Origin: Chitinophaga pinensis
Lineage (GTDB): Bacteria > Bacteroidota > Bacteroidia > Chitinophagales > Chitinophagaceae
Direction of reading: 5' to 3'
Length of the DNA stretch: 64,000 nt
Assembly (NCBI GenBank): GCA_945865295.1
Contig: CAMBDE010000002.1
Span: 791-64,790, forward strand
Shown in pieces: positions 39,046 to 50,536 of this stretch (position 1 is the first letter of the stretch; the number at the start of each line of letters is the position of its first letter). The position numbers were made by a program, and so were the translations under genes. The notes beneath the pieces are model-generated. The model was given only the letters and a program-made list of their open reading frames with translations, was not told the origin of the DNA and did no database searches.

Positions 39046-39936
39046 TTGTCTATGGGAATTATATATGTTTCAATTGGTGCGCTTTGTTTTGCAATTAGCA
39101 ATGCTTATTGGAAAAAAGTAACATCGACGATTCCTTATCAAATTGGCATGTTCTATCGTGGAATTTTCGCTACTATTATTTTTTCAATTTTATATTTTGG
39201 ATTTCGACAAGCAGATTTTTTCAAATACTGGGTAGTGCGCGATATAGCATTGGACAAGGAATTTATTTTATCTATTGCACTAAGTGTATTTAATATTTTT
39301 GGATTGGTGTTTTTTTTACAAGGCATTCAGAAAGCGCCTGTAAGTGTTGTGGTACCTGTGTCTTCCCTAAAAATATTTACAATTATTACAGCCGTATTTG
39401 TCATGGGGGAAATGTGGTATAATAATTATTTGATTGCTTTTATATTTAGTACCCTTGGTTTATTTTTATTGTATTTTAAAAGAGCCGAAGTACAACAAGC
39501 CAATACATTTAAGAAAGGAATTTTATATGGCATAGCTTCAAGTTTTTTTTGGGGCAGTTCTTTTGCGTTGTATAAATTTCCGATTGCGTGGTGGGGTCCA
39601 CTCGGTTTTAGTTTGATCATTGAATCTGTAGCCATGTTATTTGGTTTGGTCTTAGTGATTAAAGACGGGCTGATGAATCAGTTAACCGCCTATTTAAAAT
39701 TGATTCATATAAAGGCGTATTTGATTTTAGGCGCCTTACTTGTCATTGGAGGCTTGGCTATTAACATGAGTTATGGTTATCTGCCAGTGGTGGTGATTAA
39801 TATCTTAATTATTGGCAGTCAAATTATCTCTGTATTGATTGGTTATTTTATCTATAAAGAGCGCTTAAGCATCCAACAATGGATAGGATTAGCCTTAATC
39901 ATTGCCAGCTTTTTTGTAGTGGCAGTGGTCGCTTAA
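39046..39936 (+). CDS. EamA/DMT family transporter
   Basis: About 10 TM segments in two repeats, 'VMGE', 'YKERLS'; start may be the ATG at 39052. Confidence 0.8.
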   Translation: MSMGIIYVSIGALCFAISNAYWKKVTSTIPYQIGMFYRGIFATIIFSILYFGFRQADFFKYWVVRDIALDKEFILSIALSVFNIFGLVFFLQGIQKAPVSVVVPVSSLKIFTIITAVFVMGEMWYNNYLIAFIFSTLGLFLLYFKRAEVQQANTFKKGILYGIASSFFWGSSFALYKFPIAWWGPLGFSLIIESVAMLFGLVLVIKDGLMNQLTAYLKLIHIKAYLILGALLVIGGLAINMSYGYLPVVVINILIIGSQIISVLIGYFIYKERLSIQQWIGLALIIASFFVVAVVA

Positions 39937-40043
39937 TTCCATTGATTTTCAATAAACAAGGCTTATTTTTTGCTATTTAAGGTCGGTCTGCTTATATTTG
40001 CTCCCCGAACAAAGCAATTTGTTTGGATGGATTTACATCCGAT

Positions 40044-40116
40044 GGCGCTGTAGCTCAGTTGGTAGAGCAAAGGACTGAAAATCCTTGTGTCCCCGGTTCG
40101 AGCCCGGGTGGTGCCA
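40044..40116 (+). tRNA. tRNA-Phe (GAA), CCA not encoded
   Basis: Cloverleaf: GGCGCTG/TGGTGCC acceptor, D-arm AGCTCAGTTGGTAGAGC, anticodon loop CTGAAAA, T-loop GGTTCGAGCCC. Confidence 0.97.
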
Positions 40117-40128
40117 CAATCATTTATC

Positions 40129-40156
40129 AGCCCTCAACGAAAGTTGGGGGCTTTTT
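40129..40156. terminator. Intrinsic terminator after tRNA-Phe
   Basis: agccctcaac-GAAA-gttgggggct plus T-run. Confidence 0.8.
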
Positions 40157-40166
40157 CATGCAATCT

Positions 40167-40964
40167 TTATTTAATCTGTATTTGTTTTCTCTGAACTGTA
40201 TGTGCGGAAAAAATACCTAATGCGCCACCAATAATATTGGAAGGAGGATTAGCTGGGGTTGTTCCACCGCCTGGTCCGGCGCCAGATTGTTGAAACAAGG
40301 TATAGTAATATAAATAAGTAGGCCTTGTGATACATTGCATTTCTACGGCAACAATATCTTTTAATTTTACTTCTAAAGAATCTGATCTTCCTCTTAGTGG
40401 TCGTTGATTTTCTTTTCCATTATTCAAATTGTCATTAAATACGTGAAAGGTTTGGTCAAGCGTATCGTTAATTTTTTGAATAAAACGATAGCTATTACCT
40501 AGTGTGATTGGGTCAGTGTATACTGGGATGACGCTATATCTAACTTCACTATTCAATGTAAATGGGTTGATCCTTAAACTATCTAATACTACTTTTTGTG
40601 GCATAGTAGAATTGGCTGAATATTTTTTGTCTTCAACTTGTACTTCTAAATAATAAGTGTTACCGAAGATCCCTTTTATTTTATTCGTTTTGTACCTCCC
40701 CTCTTTTTCATGTTTGAGTGTATCAATTTGTCCAAGATTGTCTTTAACAATTACGAGGGCATTGGTCACAGCATAATAATTGGAGGGCGCTGAAATGCTA
40801 GTGGACTTGCTAAGATTTATATAATAAGGGCCTACCTCGTCTGTGATACTTCCATCAATGACAAGTAAAGATTGGTTAGGATCTAAGGCTAGTTGAATTT
40901 CTTTTTCACAACCAATTAAAAAAATTCCAACTAAAAATGTACTAAAGTATTTTTTAAGCATCAT
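40167..40964 (-). CDS. DUF4249-like lipoprotein
   Basis: Lipobox 'LIGC', 'LVIDGSIT', C-terminal 'PANPPSNIIGGALGIFSA'; follows the TBDR. Confidence 0.8.
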   Translation of the reverse strand: MMLKKYFSTFLVGIFLIGCEKEIQLALDPNQSLLVIDGSITDEVGPYYINLSKSTSISAPSNYYAVTNALVIVKDNLGQIDTLKHEKEGRYKTNKIKGIFGNTYYLEVQVEDKKYSANSTMPQKVVLDSLRINPFTLNSEVRYSVIPVYTDPITLGNSYRFIQKINDTLDQTFHVFNDNLNNGKENQRPLRGRSDSLEVKLKDIVAVEMQCITRPTYLYYYTLFQQSGAGPGGGTTPANPPSNIIGGALGIFSAHTVQRKQIQIK

Positions 40965-43285
40965 TAAAATTTGAATTGATAAGTGACACTAGGAACCCAT
41001 CTAAATAAAGAGGTTTGAATAATTTGTGTTCTACTCAGGTCCTTTGGGTCATCTTGAAAATTTATTTGATATGCATTTTCTCTGCCATATAAATTGTATA
41101 AACTGAAGTTCCAAGATTCTTGAATCCGCTTTTTTCTTTTCTTATCATAAGTCACACTCAAGTCCATTCTGTGATTGGACGGCATTCTATTGCCATTTCT
41201 GGATGCATATTGATACAATGTTTGTCCCTGAAGGTTATATTTTCCAGTTGGGAATGTTACTGCATCACCGGTATTATAAACAAAAACAGAAGAGATAGAC
41301 CATCTTGAATTAAGGGTATAGATGCCTACAACAGCAATATCATGGGTTCTATCTTGTTTTGCATTGTACCAATTGCCCTGATTAATACCAGTAATTTTTC
41401 TTTCTGTTTTTGATAAGGTATAACTTACCCATCCAGTCAATACGCCCTCTTTCTTCTTCCATAATAATTCAAGACCATAAGCGCGTCCAACACCATACAA
41501 GAGTGCGCTTTCAACATCAGCTAATGTATTTATTTCAGCCCCGTCTTTATAGTCAACTTGATTCTGTAAATTTTTATAATACAATTCGGTACTTAGTTCA
41601 TAGTTATTATTTTTCCATCCTTGTACAAATCCTACGCTTAACTGATCCGCTATTTCAGGTTTAATATTATAAGAATTTCCAATCCACTGATCGGAGGGGC
41701 TGGAAGCCGTTGAATTACTAAGTAGGTGCAGGTGTTGTACATTTCTAGCATAACCTGCCTTGATACTTGTTTGGTCTGTTACACGGTAGTTGGCTGTCAT
41801 TCTTGGTTCAGGATTAAAATAGGTCTTACCAACACTTTGCTTATTTAATTGTATTGAATTTACAAGTAAATCCTTTTCATATATATTATAGGCATCTCCG
41901 CCCATTAAGCTATAAGCAGAAAGTCGCATCCCATAGTCTACACTTAAATTATCCGATGCTTTATAATAGTTGCTTATATAAAGGGCATTTTCAAGTCCAT
42001 TTCTACCCTTTTTAGGATTACTATTAATTACGGTTCCGCTAAATATGCTTGGTGTTATGGTATGTAAAATACTATTGAAGCCAAAACGTAAGGTGTTTTT
42101 TGGGTTGAGGTAAAAAGTATAATCTTGCTTTAGGTTCAGGTCTTTAATATTGGAGTTGACATTAAAATTAGTCAAGCCGTTTTTAAGCTTCACATTATAA
42201 TTGTAGTCGCTATATATTAAAGAGGTATTTAAAAATAAGCGGCTAGATACAATTCGGTTCCATCTTATTGTGCCCGTTTTATTCCCCCAATCAATGCCAA
42301 AGGCATCTCCTAATCCTAATTCGTCTCTTCCAAAATAACCAGAAAGATATATTTTATTTTTTTCGTCGATCTTGAAATTCGCTTTCATGTTTAAGTCGTA
42401 GAAATATAAAATATTGTCTTTAAATTCATCTGAGGCACGAAGAAAAATATCTGCATAGGTTCTTCTTCCAGATACGATAAAGGAAGACTTTTCTTTTTGA
42501 AGCGGACCTTCAATACTAATTCGACTGCTAATCAATCCAAGGCCGCCATTTACAACAAAGTCTTGGTTATTGCCTTCTTTCATTTTTACATCTAATACAG
42601 AAGAAAGCCTGCCACCATATTGTGCAGGGCCATTGCCTTTAATTAATGTGGCATCTTTTATGGCATCACTATTAAAAGTGCTAAAAAAACCAAGTAGGTG
42701 AGAGGCATTATAGACCGGCGCCTCGTCTAATAAAATTAAATTTTGATCTGCACTTCCGCCTCTTACATAAAAACCACTATTGCCCTCTCCAGCAGACTTT
42801 ACACCTGGCAAAAGTTGAAGTGTTTTTAAAATATCTTTTTCTCCAAAAATAACAGGCACTTTGCTGATGGCATTTAGATTAAGTGTCTCTGTTCCCATTT
42901 GAGGCTTTAAAAGGTTGTCATTTTTTCTTCCACTTTCAACAACAACCTCTTTCAATGTATTAGCAGGTTTTAATAAAATAGTTAAATTTAAATTACTATC
43001 AAGTTGTACCTGTTCCTTGTATTTTTCATACCCCAACTGTGAAACAACAAGGGTATATTTTCCCCTTGGTAAAGAAATTGCATAAAATCCATATTCATTG
43101 GAGAGCACTCCAAGGCTTGGCAACTCTTCAATCCTAAGCACGGCTCTAATCATAGCCTCGCCAGTTCCTTGGTCTTTTACATTTCCGTTTAAAACAAATT
43201 TTTCCTGTCCAAAACTAAATTGAATTTGAAAATAGCAAATAATCGTACATATAAAATAGAGCGCACCTTTTTTTATAAATTTCAT
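40964..43285 (-). CDS. TonB-dependent outer membrane receptor with N-terminal CarboxypepD_reg-like domain
   Basis: 'LQLLPGV', 'VRGGSADQNLILLD', 'YGGRLSSVLD'; C-terminal Phe; ATG at 43285. Confidence 0.92.
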   Translation of the reverse strand: MKFIKKGALYFICTIICYFQIQFSFGQEKFVLNGNVKDQGTGEAMIRAVLRIEELPSLGVLSNEYGFYAISLPRGKYTLVVSQLGYEKYKEQVQLDSNLNLTILLKPANTLKEVVVESGRKNDNLLKPQMGTETLNLNAISKVPVIFGEKDILKTLQLLPGVKSAGEGNSGFYVRGGSADQNLILLDEAPVYNASHLLGFFSTFNSDAIKDATLIKGNGPAQYGGRLSSVLDVKMKEGNNQDFVVNGGLGLISSRISIEGPLQKEKSSFIVSGRRTYADIFLRASDEFKDNILYFYDLNMKANFKIDEKNKIYLSGYFGRDELGLGDAFGIDWGNKTGTIRWNRIVSSRLFLNTSLIYSDYNYNVKLKNGLTNFNVNSNIKDLNLKQDYTFYLNPKNTLRFGFNSILHTITPSIFSGTVINSNPKKGRNGLENALYISNYYKASDNLSVDYGMRLSAYSLMGGDAYNIYEKDLLVNSIQLNKQSVGKTYFNPEPRMTANYRVTDQTSIKAGYARNVQHLHLLSNSTASSPSDQWIGNSYNIKPEIADQLSVGFVQGWKNNNYELSTELYYKNLQNQVDYKDGAEINTLADVESALLYGVGRAYGLELLWKKKEGVLTGWVSYTLSKTERKITGINQGNWYNAKQDRTHDIAVVGIYTLNSRWSISSVFVYNTGDAVTFPTGKYNLQGQTLYQYASRNGNRMPSNHRMDLSVTYDKKRKKRIQESWNFSLYNLYGRENAYQINFQDDPKDLSRTQIIQTSLFRWVPSVTYQFKF

Positions 43286-43481
43286 TTTATAATTCAATCT
43301 TTGAAAGTCCCAATTAAAAATTATGCTCAAAGGTAAAACCTATTTCCCTTTTATAAAATTATAGATGTTAAAAATTGCACTTCTTCTTTAACACGGTGTA
43401 GATAATTTTCGATATTTTTGCAAAAGCATATTTGTATATTACCTTTTTTTCATATCCAATTGCCTAAATTAATTTAATCCA

Positions 43482-45560
43482 ATGCGTTATTTATTCTTTT
43501 TCTCATTCCTGCTTTGCGTCTTGTCGTCTTCGGCACAATTTTCGAACCCTCCAATCATTCATACCGAGCAGATCAATATCGCTAGAGATAGTTTTGGTGT
43601 GCCACATATTTTTGCACCCACTGATGCAGAAGTAGCATACGGCCTTGCATGGGCACATGCAGAAGATGATTTTACAACAATGCAAATGCTGATCCTAACT
43701 GGAAAAGGAAAAGTCGCCACTTATATGGGGAAAAAGGGGGCGCCTATTGATTTTGTTTTTGGATTATTAAATACAAAAGCAACAGTTATTGCACAGATGA
43801 ATCAGTTTGATCCTAAATTCATACAATTAGTAAAAGGCTATTTGTTAGGATTAGAAGCCTATGCTAAAGCGCACCCAGATCAAGTTTTGAACAAACATGT
43901 CTTTCCAATTAGTATCGAGGAATACTTAGCCTCTGCTGCATTTTCAGTAGCGATTTTTTGTGGGGTAGATAAAGCCTTACCAAAAATTTTAAATGGCACT
44001 ATTCCAAAATTGGAAGGCTTCACAGGAGAAGGGAGTAATGCCTTTGCGATCAATGCTAAGAAATCTGCGTCAGACGAAACCATGCTAGTGATCAATGCGC
44101 ACCAGCCTATCGAGGGTCCAACCGCATTTTATGAAGCACATCTACAAAGTGAAGAAGGCTGGAATATTTTAGGTGGATTGTTTCCAGGTGCGCCTATGAT
44201 TTTTCATGGTGTGACGCCCAATTTAGCTTGGGCACATACCGTTAATTTTCAAGATAAAATAGACATCTATCAATTAGAAACAAGTAAGTCGCATCCTGGC
44301 AAATATAAAGTGGACGGCAATTGGCTAAAATTAGAAAAGCGAAAAATTAAATTAAGTATCAAAGGCATTCCTTTTCCAATTTACAAAACAGCCTACCAGT
44401 CTATCTATGGTCCAACTGTAGCCACGCCTAAAGGTGAATATTTTTCGATGCGACTGCCAGCCTTAATGGACGCAGGTGCATTGCAGCAATGGTATGCAAT
44501 GAACAAGTCAACTAATTTTAAAGAATTCAAAAGCTCATTGGAGCAAAACCATTTGCCGATGTTTAATATCATGTATGCAGACAAAGCAGACAATATCTTT
44601 TATATCTCCAATGGTAAAATGCCTTATCGCAATAAAGACACAAGCTATCACTGGAATAGCACTCTGCCTGGAAATACAATGGCGACTTTATGGAATGAAT
44701 TTAAACCACTGAGTGCTTTGCCTCAAATGACGAATCCGAAAAGTGGTTATTTATTCAATGCCAACCACTCGCCTTTTTTAGCGAGTAGCGAATCGGATAA
44801 TTTAAATCCAAAGGATTTTGATGTGAATGATGGATATGAAACCTACCATAATAACAGAAGTAGACGCGCTAAAGACTTAATAGATCAATTAGATAAAATT
44901 AGTTACGAAGAAATTAAGCGCATTAAGTTTGATCGTCAATTACCCAATCCAATTTTATTTCCATATGGATTTACCGCAGATACCATGTTTTTGGTGGATG
45001 AAAATAAATATCCTCAACTAGCTTCCATCATCACCACTTTAAAATATTGGGACCACAATGCAGTTGCTGAAAGTAAGGGCGCATTGATCTATAATTTAGC
45101 GTATTACAATGTACCAGTGGTTATGGAAGGACGAAATAAAGATAAACTTACCATGGCCGAAGCGGTGAAAGTGTATCAAATCATCTATGACTTTTTACAA
45201 AGTAATTATGGCCGAACTGATTTAACATTAGGGGAGGTGCAAAAATTGGTTAGAGGAAAAGAAAATTGGCCACAGGGCGGTATGCCAGATGTACTAGCCG
45301 CAGTGATGTCCGAGCCTTTTGGAAAAGACAAAAGAAAAATGAATAGCGGGGATGCCTATATCAATTTTGTAAGGTTTCCTAAAAATGGTGGACTGCCACT
45401 CATTGAAACGGTGAATACTTTTGGTGCAAGTTTTAATGAGGGAGACAAACACTATAATGACCAAAGAGCGATGTATCAATCACAACAACTTAAAAGAATG
45501 ACTTTAGATAAAACAGAAGTGCTTCAAAAAGCAGTAAGACAGTATCATCCTGGGATGTAA
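43482..45560 (+). CDS. Penicillin acylase family (S45) Ntn-hydrolase
   Basis: 'RDSFGVPHI', autocleavage site 'EG|SNAFA', 'NAHQP'; signal peptide. Confidence 0.92.
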   Translation: MRYLFFFSFLLCVLSSSAQFSNPPIIHTEQINIARDSFGVPHIFAPTDAEVAYGLAWAHAEDDFTTMQMLILTGKGKVATYMGKKGAPIDFVFGLLNTKATVIAQMNQFDPKFIQLVKGYLLGLEAYAKAHPDQVLNKHVFPISIEEYLASAAFSVAIFCGVDKALPKILNGTIPKLEGFTGEGSNAFAINAKKSASDETMLVINAHQPIEGPTAFYEAHLQSEEGWNILGGLFPGAPMIFHGVTPNLAWAHTVNFQDKIDIYQLETSKSHPGKYKVDGNWLKLEKRKIKLSIKGIPFPIYKTAYQSIYGPTVATPKGEYFSMRLPALMDAGALQQWYAMNKSTNFKEFKSSLEQNHLPMFNIMYADKADNIFYISNGKMPYRNKDTSYHWNSTLPGNTMATLWNEFKPLSALPQMTNPKSGYLFNANHSPFLASSESDNLNPKDFDVNDGYETYHNNRSRRAKDLIDQLDKISYEEIKRIKFDRQLPNPILFPYGFTADTMFLVDENKYPQLASIITTLKYWDHNAVAESKGALIYNLAYYNVPVVMEGRNKDKLTMAEAVKVYQIIYDFLQSNYGRTDLTLGEVQKLVRGKENWPQGGMPDVLAAVMSEPFGKDKRKMNSGDAYINFVRFPKNGGLPLIETVNTFGASFNEGDKHYNDQRAMYQSQQLKRMTLDKTEVLQKAVRQYHPGM

Positions 45561-45619
45561 CTTTTAATTCCTCTAGGGAATTGAAGAATAGTTCTAAATA
45601 TTTTGAATTCGTTACAAAC

Positions 45620-45651
45620 AAAAAGCCCTCAATAACAATTGAGGGCTTTTT
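45620..45651. terminator. Bidirectional intrinsic terminator
   Basis: aaaaagccctcaat...attgagggcttttt. Confidence 0.85.
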
Positions 45652-45667
45652 GTATAATTAATTGTAA

Positions 45668-45901
45668 TTATTGCTTTGATCTTCTTCTCGCCTCTTCGGC
45701 ATCTTTATAGATTCTAATCCAAGTTAAAGAGATATCGATGATGGCTAATAAAGGGCCTAGTATAATCACCATCACCACTTCTAAGCCTGGTGAGTAACCA
45801 ATGACGCCGTCTAGGGATATATTTTTAGATCGTTTAAAGAGTTTGTACACACAGTAAATGGCCGATACGACCCAGATACCAAAAAGAATATTCTTGTCCA
45901 T
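45668..45901 (-). CDS. Small hypothetical membrane protein (77 aa)
   Basis: Fills the gap; two hydrophobic segments; A-rich upstream region and a downstream terminator. Confidence 0.65.
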   Translation of the reverse strand: MDKNILFGIWVVSAIYCVYKLFKRSKNISLDGVIGYSPGLEVVMVIILGPLLAIIDISLTWIRIYKDAEEARRRSKQ

Positions 45902-45951
45902 AATTTTATTTTAGTGAATATAATATATTTTGTTTTATTTGCAATACATCA

Positions 45952-47256
45952 ATGAGGTCTATCATGAAAAAAAGTCTATTTTATATCATCTTACTGCTTT
46001 TAGTAAAAGTCAATTCAATCAATGCGCAGTTGCCTGCACCTTTCAATGCCATTTTATCAAGCATTCAAGATAGTATTGCTAAAAAAGTGCTAGCAAGCCC
46101 CAATACATATAGACTTCAGCTTGTTTATACACAAATTGATAGAGATCAAAATGGCATACCTCGTTTTACAAACCATACATTGTATGCGGACGCAGAAAAT
46201 TATTTTAATCCCGCATCGATGGTTAAAATGCCCCTTGCCTTTTTAGCAATGGAAAAATTATATGAACTGAACCAGCCTGGCGTAAATAAATACACTTCGA
46301 TGCAATTTGATAGCAATTATCAAAGACAAGTAGCCATGTATGCCGATTCAAGTGCACAAAACAAAAAACCATCTATTGCACATTTTGTTAAGCGCGCATT
46401 TTTGATATCTGAAAACGATCCCTACAATCGATTGTATCAATTTGTGGGGCAGGGCCCAACGAATCAAAAACTACTTGCAAAAGGGTATAGCAGTACAAAG
46501 ATCACAAGACAATTTATGGGCTACACAGAGGACCAAAATAGACATACCAATGGGATCCGTTTTATGGATGAAAAAGGAGTACCTATTTTAAAGCTCGCCC
46601 CTCAATACAACAAAGACAGTTTTCAATTTGGAGCGCCCATTTTAATTGGTGATGCACATTGGAATAGTAAGGATGAAGTGGTGAATGCCCCTTTTGATTT
46701 TACACGTCATAACAATATCTCTTTAGTAGACATGCAAAAAATGTTACAGGCAGTTTTGTTTCCAGCCTCGGTACCAAAACAAAATAGATTCAATATGACC
46801 GACGCGGATAGATTGTTTTTATTACAATACTTATCACAGTATCCATCGGAAACTGACTATCCAAAATACGATAGTGCACATTTTTATGATAGCTATGTGA
46901 AATTCTTTTTCCAAGACAGCACCCATACCATGCCAAAGCATATCAGGGTTTTCAATAAAGTAGGATGGGCTTACGGATTCTTAACAGATGTATCTTATGT
47001 GTTGGATACCAAAAACAATATTGATTACATGCTCTCCGCTACTATTTATGTGAATAGTGATGGCGTAGTGAATGATTCAAAATATGATGAGGATGCTGTT
47101 GGCTTTCCTTTTTTAAATCAAATTGGTAAAGCGTTTTATCAATATGAATTAGAACGCCCTAGAAAATTCAAACCAGTATTAAAAAATCAAGTAAAGCAAT
47201 ACGAAAAACGCAACCCAAAAGATACTAGGCCTAGCATTTTAAATGCCGACAACTAG
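45952..47256 (+). CDS. Serine hydrolase, class A beta-lactamase-like fold
   Basis: SxxK 'PASMVK', 'SEN', 'NKVG'; signal peptide. Confidence 0.8.
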   Translation: MRSIMKKSLFYIILLLLVKVNSINAQLPAPFNAILSSIQDSIAKKVLASPNTYRLQLVYTQIDRDQNGIPRFTNHTLYADAENYFNPASMVKMPLAFLAMEKLYELNQPGVNKYTSMQFDSNYQRQVAMYADSSAQNKKPSIAHFVKRAFLISENDPYNRLYQFVGQGPTNQKLLAKGYSSTKITRQFMGYTEDQNRHTNGIRFMDEKGVPILKLAPQYNKDSFQFGAPILIGDAHWNSKDEVVNAPFDFTRHNNISLVDMQKMLQAVLFPASVPKQNRFNMTDADRLFLLQYLSQYPSETDYPKYDSAHFYDSYVKFFFQDSTHTMPKHIRVFNKVGWAYGFLTDVSYVLDTKNNIDYMLSATIYVNSDGVVNDSKYDEDAVGFPFLNQIGKAFYQYELERPRKFKPVLKNQVKQYEKRNPKDTRPSILNADN

Positions 47257-47298
47257 GATCTCCTGGATTGCGTCTTTATTATAAAATTCCAATTGGGG

Positions 47299-50200
47299 CT
47301 ACCAAATAGCACCCATCCCTAAATCCCACAATTGCTTATTGAATGCAGGAATAGATTCATTTTTTAATTTTAGTCCTCTTGCTTTTAATTTATCCCACTC
47401 AGCAGTATATTCTTTTAATAAATCTAAGTTGGGTTGATTCACTTGTGGAATATCGCTCTCTGTTTGATTCAGCAAGAACATATAGTTGGCTGTAAATTTA
47501 TTTGGGAAATTTTCAACATCATCATATGAAGTTGATTTTCTTTGAATCATGTCTTCGTCCCATGCTTTTAAATTTGCAATCAAATCTGAGGCATTTTGTT
47601 TTAAGCTAGCATATTGTGTACCGCTATAGTTGGCGTCAGACTTTAATTTTTTAACCAATGCTTCAATGTGACTACTATTGTCTTTTAGCTCGTTGACCAT
47701 TTGGTGCATTTCAGTCACTGTACCTTCCATCAAACGCATCAAATCATCATACGCTTGGTATTCACTAGCAGTCGTGCCAAAGTTTGGATTGGCTTGTATC
47801 AGGCCTGTTGTGGTTCCAACCATTTTTCCACCTGCCATTAAACGAATGGTATAATTACCAGGGATGGCTTTGTGTCCATTAAAACTACTTTCAATATATA
47901 CATTTGGAATAGCCGTAGTTGTTGCGTGACGAAGGTTCCATACAAAACGATTCAATCCTTTTTCTTTGCTTAATGTTGGATCTTTTCTTGGAGCGCCGTC
48001 ATAGCGCTTATAATTTTCGTCTGCTTTTGAACTAAAGCGACGCACTAATTTGCCAGACGCATCACTGATTTCCATACTCAATTCAATAGAGTCTGCCATA
48101 CTAGGCAATTGATAATACAAGACCAAGCCTGTTGCAGGATTGACCCCTGCTTTTGCTTTAGCACCTGTAAAATCTCCGTCGTTGTCATCCATTTCGCTAG
48201 AACCCATGACCAATAAAACAGCATCTGGCGTATATATTTTTACAGTACTTGTGTCTGCTTTATATGCTCGAATTAAATTTAAATCATCCAATATCCAAAA
48301 CGATCTACCCGAAGTTGCCGCAATTAAATTGTTTTGATGCACGCGTAAATCTGTGATAGGGGTAATAGGCAAATTTAATTGGAATGGACTCCAGCTTTTG
48401 CCACCGTTGTTTGACATGTACACGCCTAATTCTGTGCCCGCATACAATAAATCTTTAACAACATTGTCCTCACGCACCACTCTTGTAAATGCATTGTTTG
48501 CAATGCCAGTATTTATTTTAGTCCAAGTGGTTCCGTAGTCCGTGGATTTATATAAGCCAGGCGTATGGTCGTTGAACTTATACCTAGTGGTTGCAATGTA
48601 TACCGTTGCTTTATCATGCGGTGATACTTCAATCGCATTGATTAAACATTCTACTAATCCCGCTGGTGTTATATTTTTCCAATTAGCACCACCATCTTTT
48701 GTTAAGTACACATAACCATCATCGCTACCTGTATAAATCACACCTTTTTCGTGCACCGACTCCATCACATAAGCTAGTGTGCCATAATTTTCTGCACCCA
48801 CTGCTTCGTTGGTATAGGGTACACCAGGTTTTCCTTGTTTAGATTTTTCGTTGCGGGTTAAATCTGGTGAAACTTCTTTCCATGTTTTTCCCATGTCGGA
48901 AGTTTTCAATAAAAATTGTGATCCATGATAATAGGTATTAGGTTCATGCTTACTCCAAATTATTGGCGCGTTCCAGTTATATCTGTACTTAATATCTTTT
49001 GCATCTCTGCCTAAGTATTGAATTGGCGCAGCCATGATATTGGTGCTCCCTTTTGTTTTTGTATCTAATACTTCTATGGTTCCTTGGTAAGAGCCACCTA
49101 AAACATATCTTGGATTGTTTGGATCAAATGCCAAGAAGGCGCTCTCGCCACCTGCAGATGAAGACCAGCTTCTTTCATCTATTCCTCCGGCGCCAATTGC
49201 ACGACTCGCAATTTTAACCGAACTATTGTCTTGTTGTCCTGCATAAATATTGTAAGGCGTTTCATTGTCTACATTGATTCTATAAAATTGTGCAGTAGGC
49301 ATATTGTTTTGACTGCTCCAAGATTTACCGCCATCATGTGTTACAGCAGCACCGCCATCATCTGCAATCACCATGTTCTTACCGTTGCTTGGATGAATCC
49401 ATAAATCATGGTAATCACCATGCGTGCGCGCAAAGTCTGTAAAAGTTTTACCACCATCAATTGATTTTAAGGAAGGGGCACTCATCACATACACTGTGTT
49501 TTCATTTGTTGGATCTGGAAACAGTTCGATATAATACCATGCGCGTTGAATCAAGCGATGGCTTTTATTTATTTGTGACCAACTTGCACCTGCATCGTTA
49601 GACACATATAAACCACCTGCATCTTTACTAAAATCACTTTCAATCAATGCAAATACTTTTTCTGAATTTGCTCTTGATACTGCGATAGACATTTTACCCA
49701 TTTCTTTTGGTAATCCCTTTTCCATTTTCTCCCAGTTATTGCCACCGTCAGTTGATTTATACAATCCACTTCCTGGTCCGCCACTAATTACCTGCCATGG
49801 CAAACGACCATGTTCCCACATGGCAGCATACATAATTGATGGATTATGCATGTCCATTGAAATTTCCGCACAACCTGTTTTATCATCTACATACAATACT
49901 TTTTTCCATGTTGTACCACCATCAACAGATTTATAAATACCACGCTCTGTTGACTTGCTATACAATGCACCTTGAGCTGCAACAAAAACGATGTTTGGAT
50001 TTTTTGGATCAATCGCAATTCTCGAAATATGTTGTGTCGCATCTAGTCCCATTTTTTCCCATGTCTTGCCAGCGTCTGTACTTTTATACACCCCATCTCC
50101 ATGATGTGTCATCACACCTCTTATTGCGTGCTCGCCCATGCCCACATAAACAATATTGGCATCGCTTTCTGCAACTGCAACCGCACCCACAGAACCTGTT

Positions 50201-50451
50201 TTAAAAAATCCGTCAGAAATATTATCCCAATTCATTCCACTGTTTTCAGTTTTCCATAAACCACCACCAGTGGTTCCCATGTAATAGATGTCTCTATTAT
50301 TGATGACTCCAGTGGCCATATTGGATCTACCTCCTCTAAAGGGACCAATACTTCTCCATTTTAGCGGAGATAGTTCTTTGTTTACATCCTGCGCAAAACC
50401 CATTTGCGTAGATACTATTAAGCATAGTAAAGCGATTATCTTTTTGATCAT
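47299..50451 (-). CDS. VPS10/BNR (Asp-box) repeat glycosyl-hydrolase-like protein
   Basis: '[11 protein letters not shown]' and many SxDxGxxW repeats; signal peptide. Confidence 0.9.
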   Translation of the reverse strand: MIKKIIALLCLIVSTQMGFAQDVNKELSPLKWRSIGPFRGGRSNMATGVINNRDIYYMGTTGGGLWKTENSGMNWDNISDGFFKTGSVGAVAVAESDANIVYVGMGEHAIRGVMTHHGDGVYKSTDAGKTWEKMGLDATQHISRIAIDPKNPNIVFVAAQGALYSKSTERGIYKSVDGGTTWKKVLYVDDKTGCAEISMDMHNPSIMYAAMWEHGRLPWQVISGGPGSGLYKSTDGGNNWEKMEKGLPKEMGKMSIAVSRANSEKVFALIESDFSKDAGGLYVSNDAGASWSQINKSHRLIQRAWYYIELFPDPTNENTVYVMSAPSLKSIDGGKTFTDFARTHGDYHDLWIHPSNGKNMVIADDGGAAVTHDGGKSWSSQNNMPTAQFYRINVDNETPYNIYAGQQDNSSVKIASRAIGAGGIDERSWSSSAGGESAFLAFDPNNPRYVLGGSYQGTIEVLDTKTKGSTNIMAAPIQYLGRDAKDIKYRYNWNAPIIWSKHEPNTYYHGSQFLLKTSDMGKTWKEVSPDLTRNEKSKQGKPGVPYTNEAVGAENYGTLAYVMESVHEKGVIYTGSDDGYVYLTKDGGANWKNITPAGLVECLINAIEVSPHDKATVYIATTRYKFNDHTPGLYKSTDYGTTWTKINTGIANNAFTRVVREDNVVKDLLYAGTELGVYMSNNGGKSWSPFQLNLPITPITDLRVHQNNLIAATSGRSFWILDDLNLIRAYKADTSTVKIYTPDAVLLVMGSSEMDDNDGDFTGAKAKAGVNPATGLVLYYQLPSMADSIELSMEISDASGKLVRRFSSKADENYKRYDGAPRKDPTLSKEKGLNRFVWNLRHATTTAIPNVYIESSFNGHKAIPGNYTIRLMAGGKMVGTTTGLIQANPNFGTTASEYQAYDDLMRLMEGTVTEMHQMVNELKDNSSHIEALVKKLKSDANYSGTQYASLKQNASDLIANLKAWDEDMIQRKSTSYDDVENFPNKFTANYMFLLNQTESDIPQVNQPNLDLLKEYTAEWDKLKARGLKLKNESIPAFNKQLWDLGMGAIW

Positions 50452-50481
50452 AAAATAGTTTTAGATAGATTAAATTTAAGC

Positions 50482-50511
50482 AAAAAAAAAGACCCATTGT
50501 GCAATGAGTCT
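50482..50511 (-). terminator. Intrinsic terminator
   Basis: agactcattg/caatgggtct stem plus T9 on the minus strand. Confidence 0.65.
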
Positions 50512-50536
50512 ATATATCTTTTTTAGAACTGGTGGA

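Noticed and set aside
40023-40220. 65-aa ORF over tRNA-Phe
   Set aside because: It is a translation of the tRNA and its terminator.
40117-43330. Possible island integrated at tRNA-Phe
   Set aside because: No integrase and no duplicated tRNA 3' end seen; TBDR plus lipoprotein is an ordinary Bacteroidota pair.
45952-47256. Antibiotic-resistance beta-lactamase
   Set aside because: Only degenerate SxxK/SxN/KxG motifs in a 434-aa protein; activity cannot be supported.
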